Of a stretch of DNA of 64,000 nucleotides, positions 64,000 to 64,000 are shown one piece after another. The first letter of the stretch is position 1, and every line of letters begins with the position of its first letter. The stretch is from Actinomycetota bacterium (GTDB lineage Bacteria > Actinomycetota > Geothermincolia > Fen-727 > Anoxymicrobiaceae): positions 33,700-97,699 of the forward strand of contig JAHJCO010000041.1 in assembly GCA_018831265.1 (NCBI GenBank), read 5' to 3'. The notes beneath the pieces were generated by a model, which saw only the letters and a program-made list of their open reading frames with translations, was not told the origin of the DNA and did no database searches. Position numbers and translations under genes: made by a program.

Positions 64000-64000
64000 A

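Overview
A GC-rich, gene-dense 64 kb window from an anaerobic bacterium. It is probably an uncultured Actinomycetota of the Ca. Geothermincolia/Solincola type; this is inferred from the four secreted 'WYxAEG...QNP...ERxMY' repeat proteins, the anaerobic redox enzymes and the apparently leaderless genes. I found no rRNA, tRNA, CRISPR array, integrase or transposase. Main contents: (1) four exported proteins in which different passenger domains are fused to exactly four ~105-110 aa repeats, cut at three different circular-permutation points; (2) lipid and alcohol metabolism (SCP2-ADH-SCP2-AOR-MoaD operon, two acyl-CoA ligases, MMPL plus DUF3068-like protein, two alpha/beta hydrolases, a CrtI-like reductase pair, several TetRs); (3) a MerR-TetR fusion regulator between two divergent redox operons, with three copies of a GAATGACnnGTCATTC operator; (4) a CooS homologue with Glu in place of a C-cluster Cys; (5) a 2-oxoacid dehydrogenase E1-beta interrupted by an in-frame TGA; (6) tandem M48 homologues lacking HExxH; (7) HicAB; and (8) several families of fixed-length (29 and 34 bp) palindromic intergenic elements sharing a GGTC(A/T)G core, one copy lying inside a coding sequence. 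All product calls come from motif recognition by eye, not from database searches.
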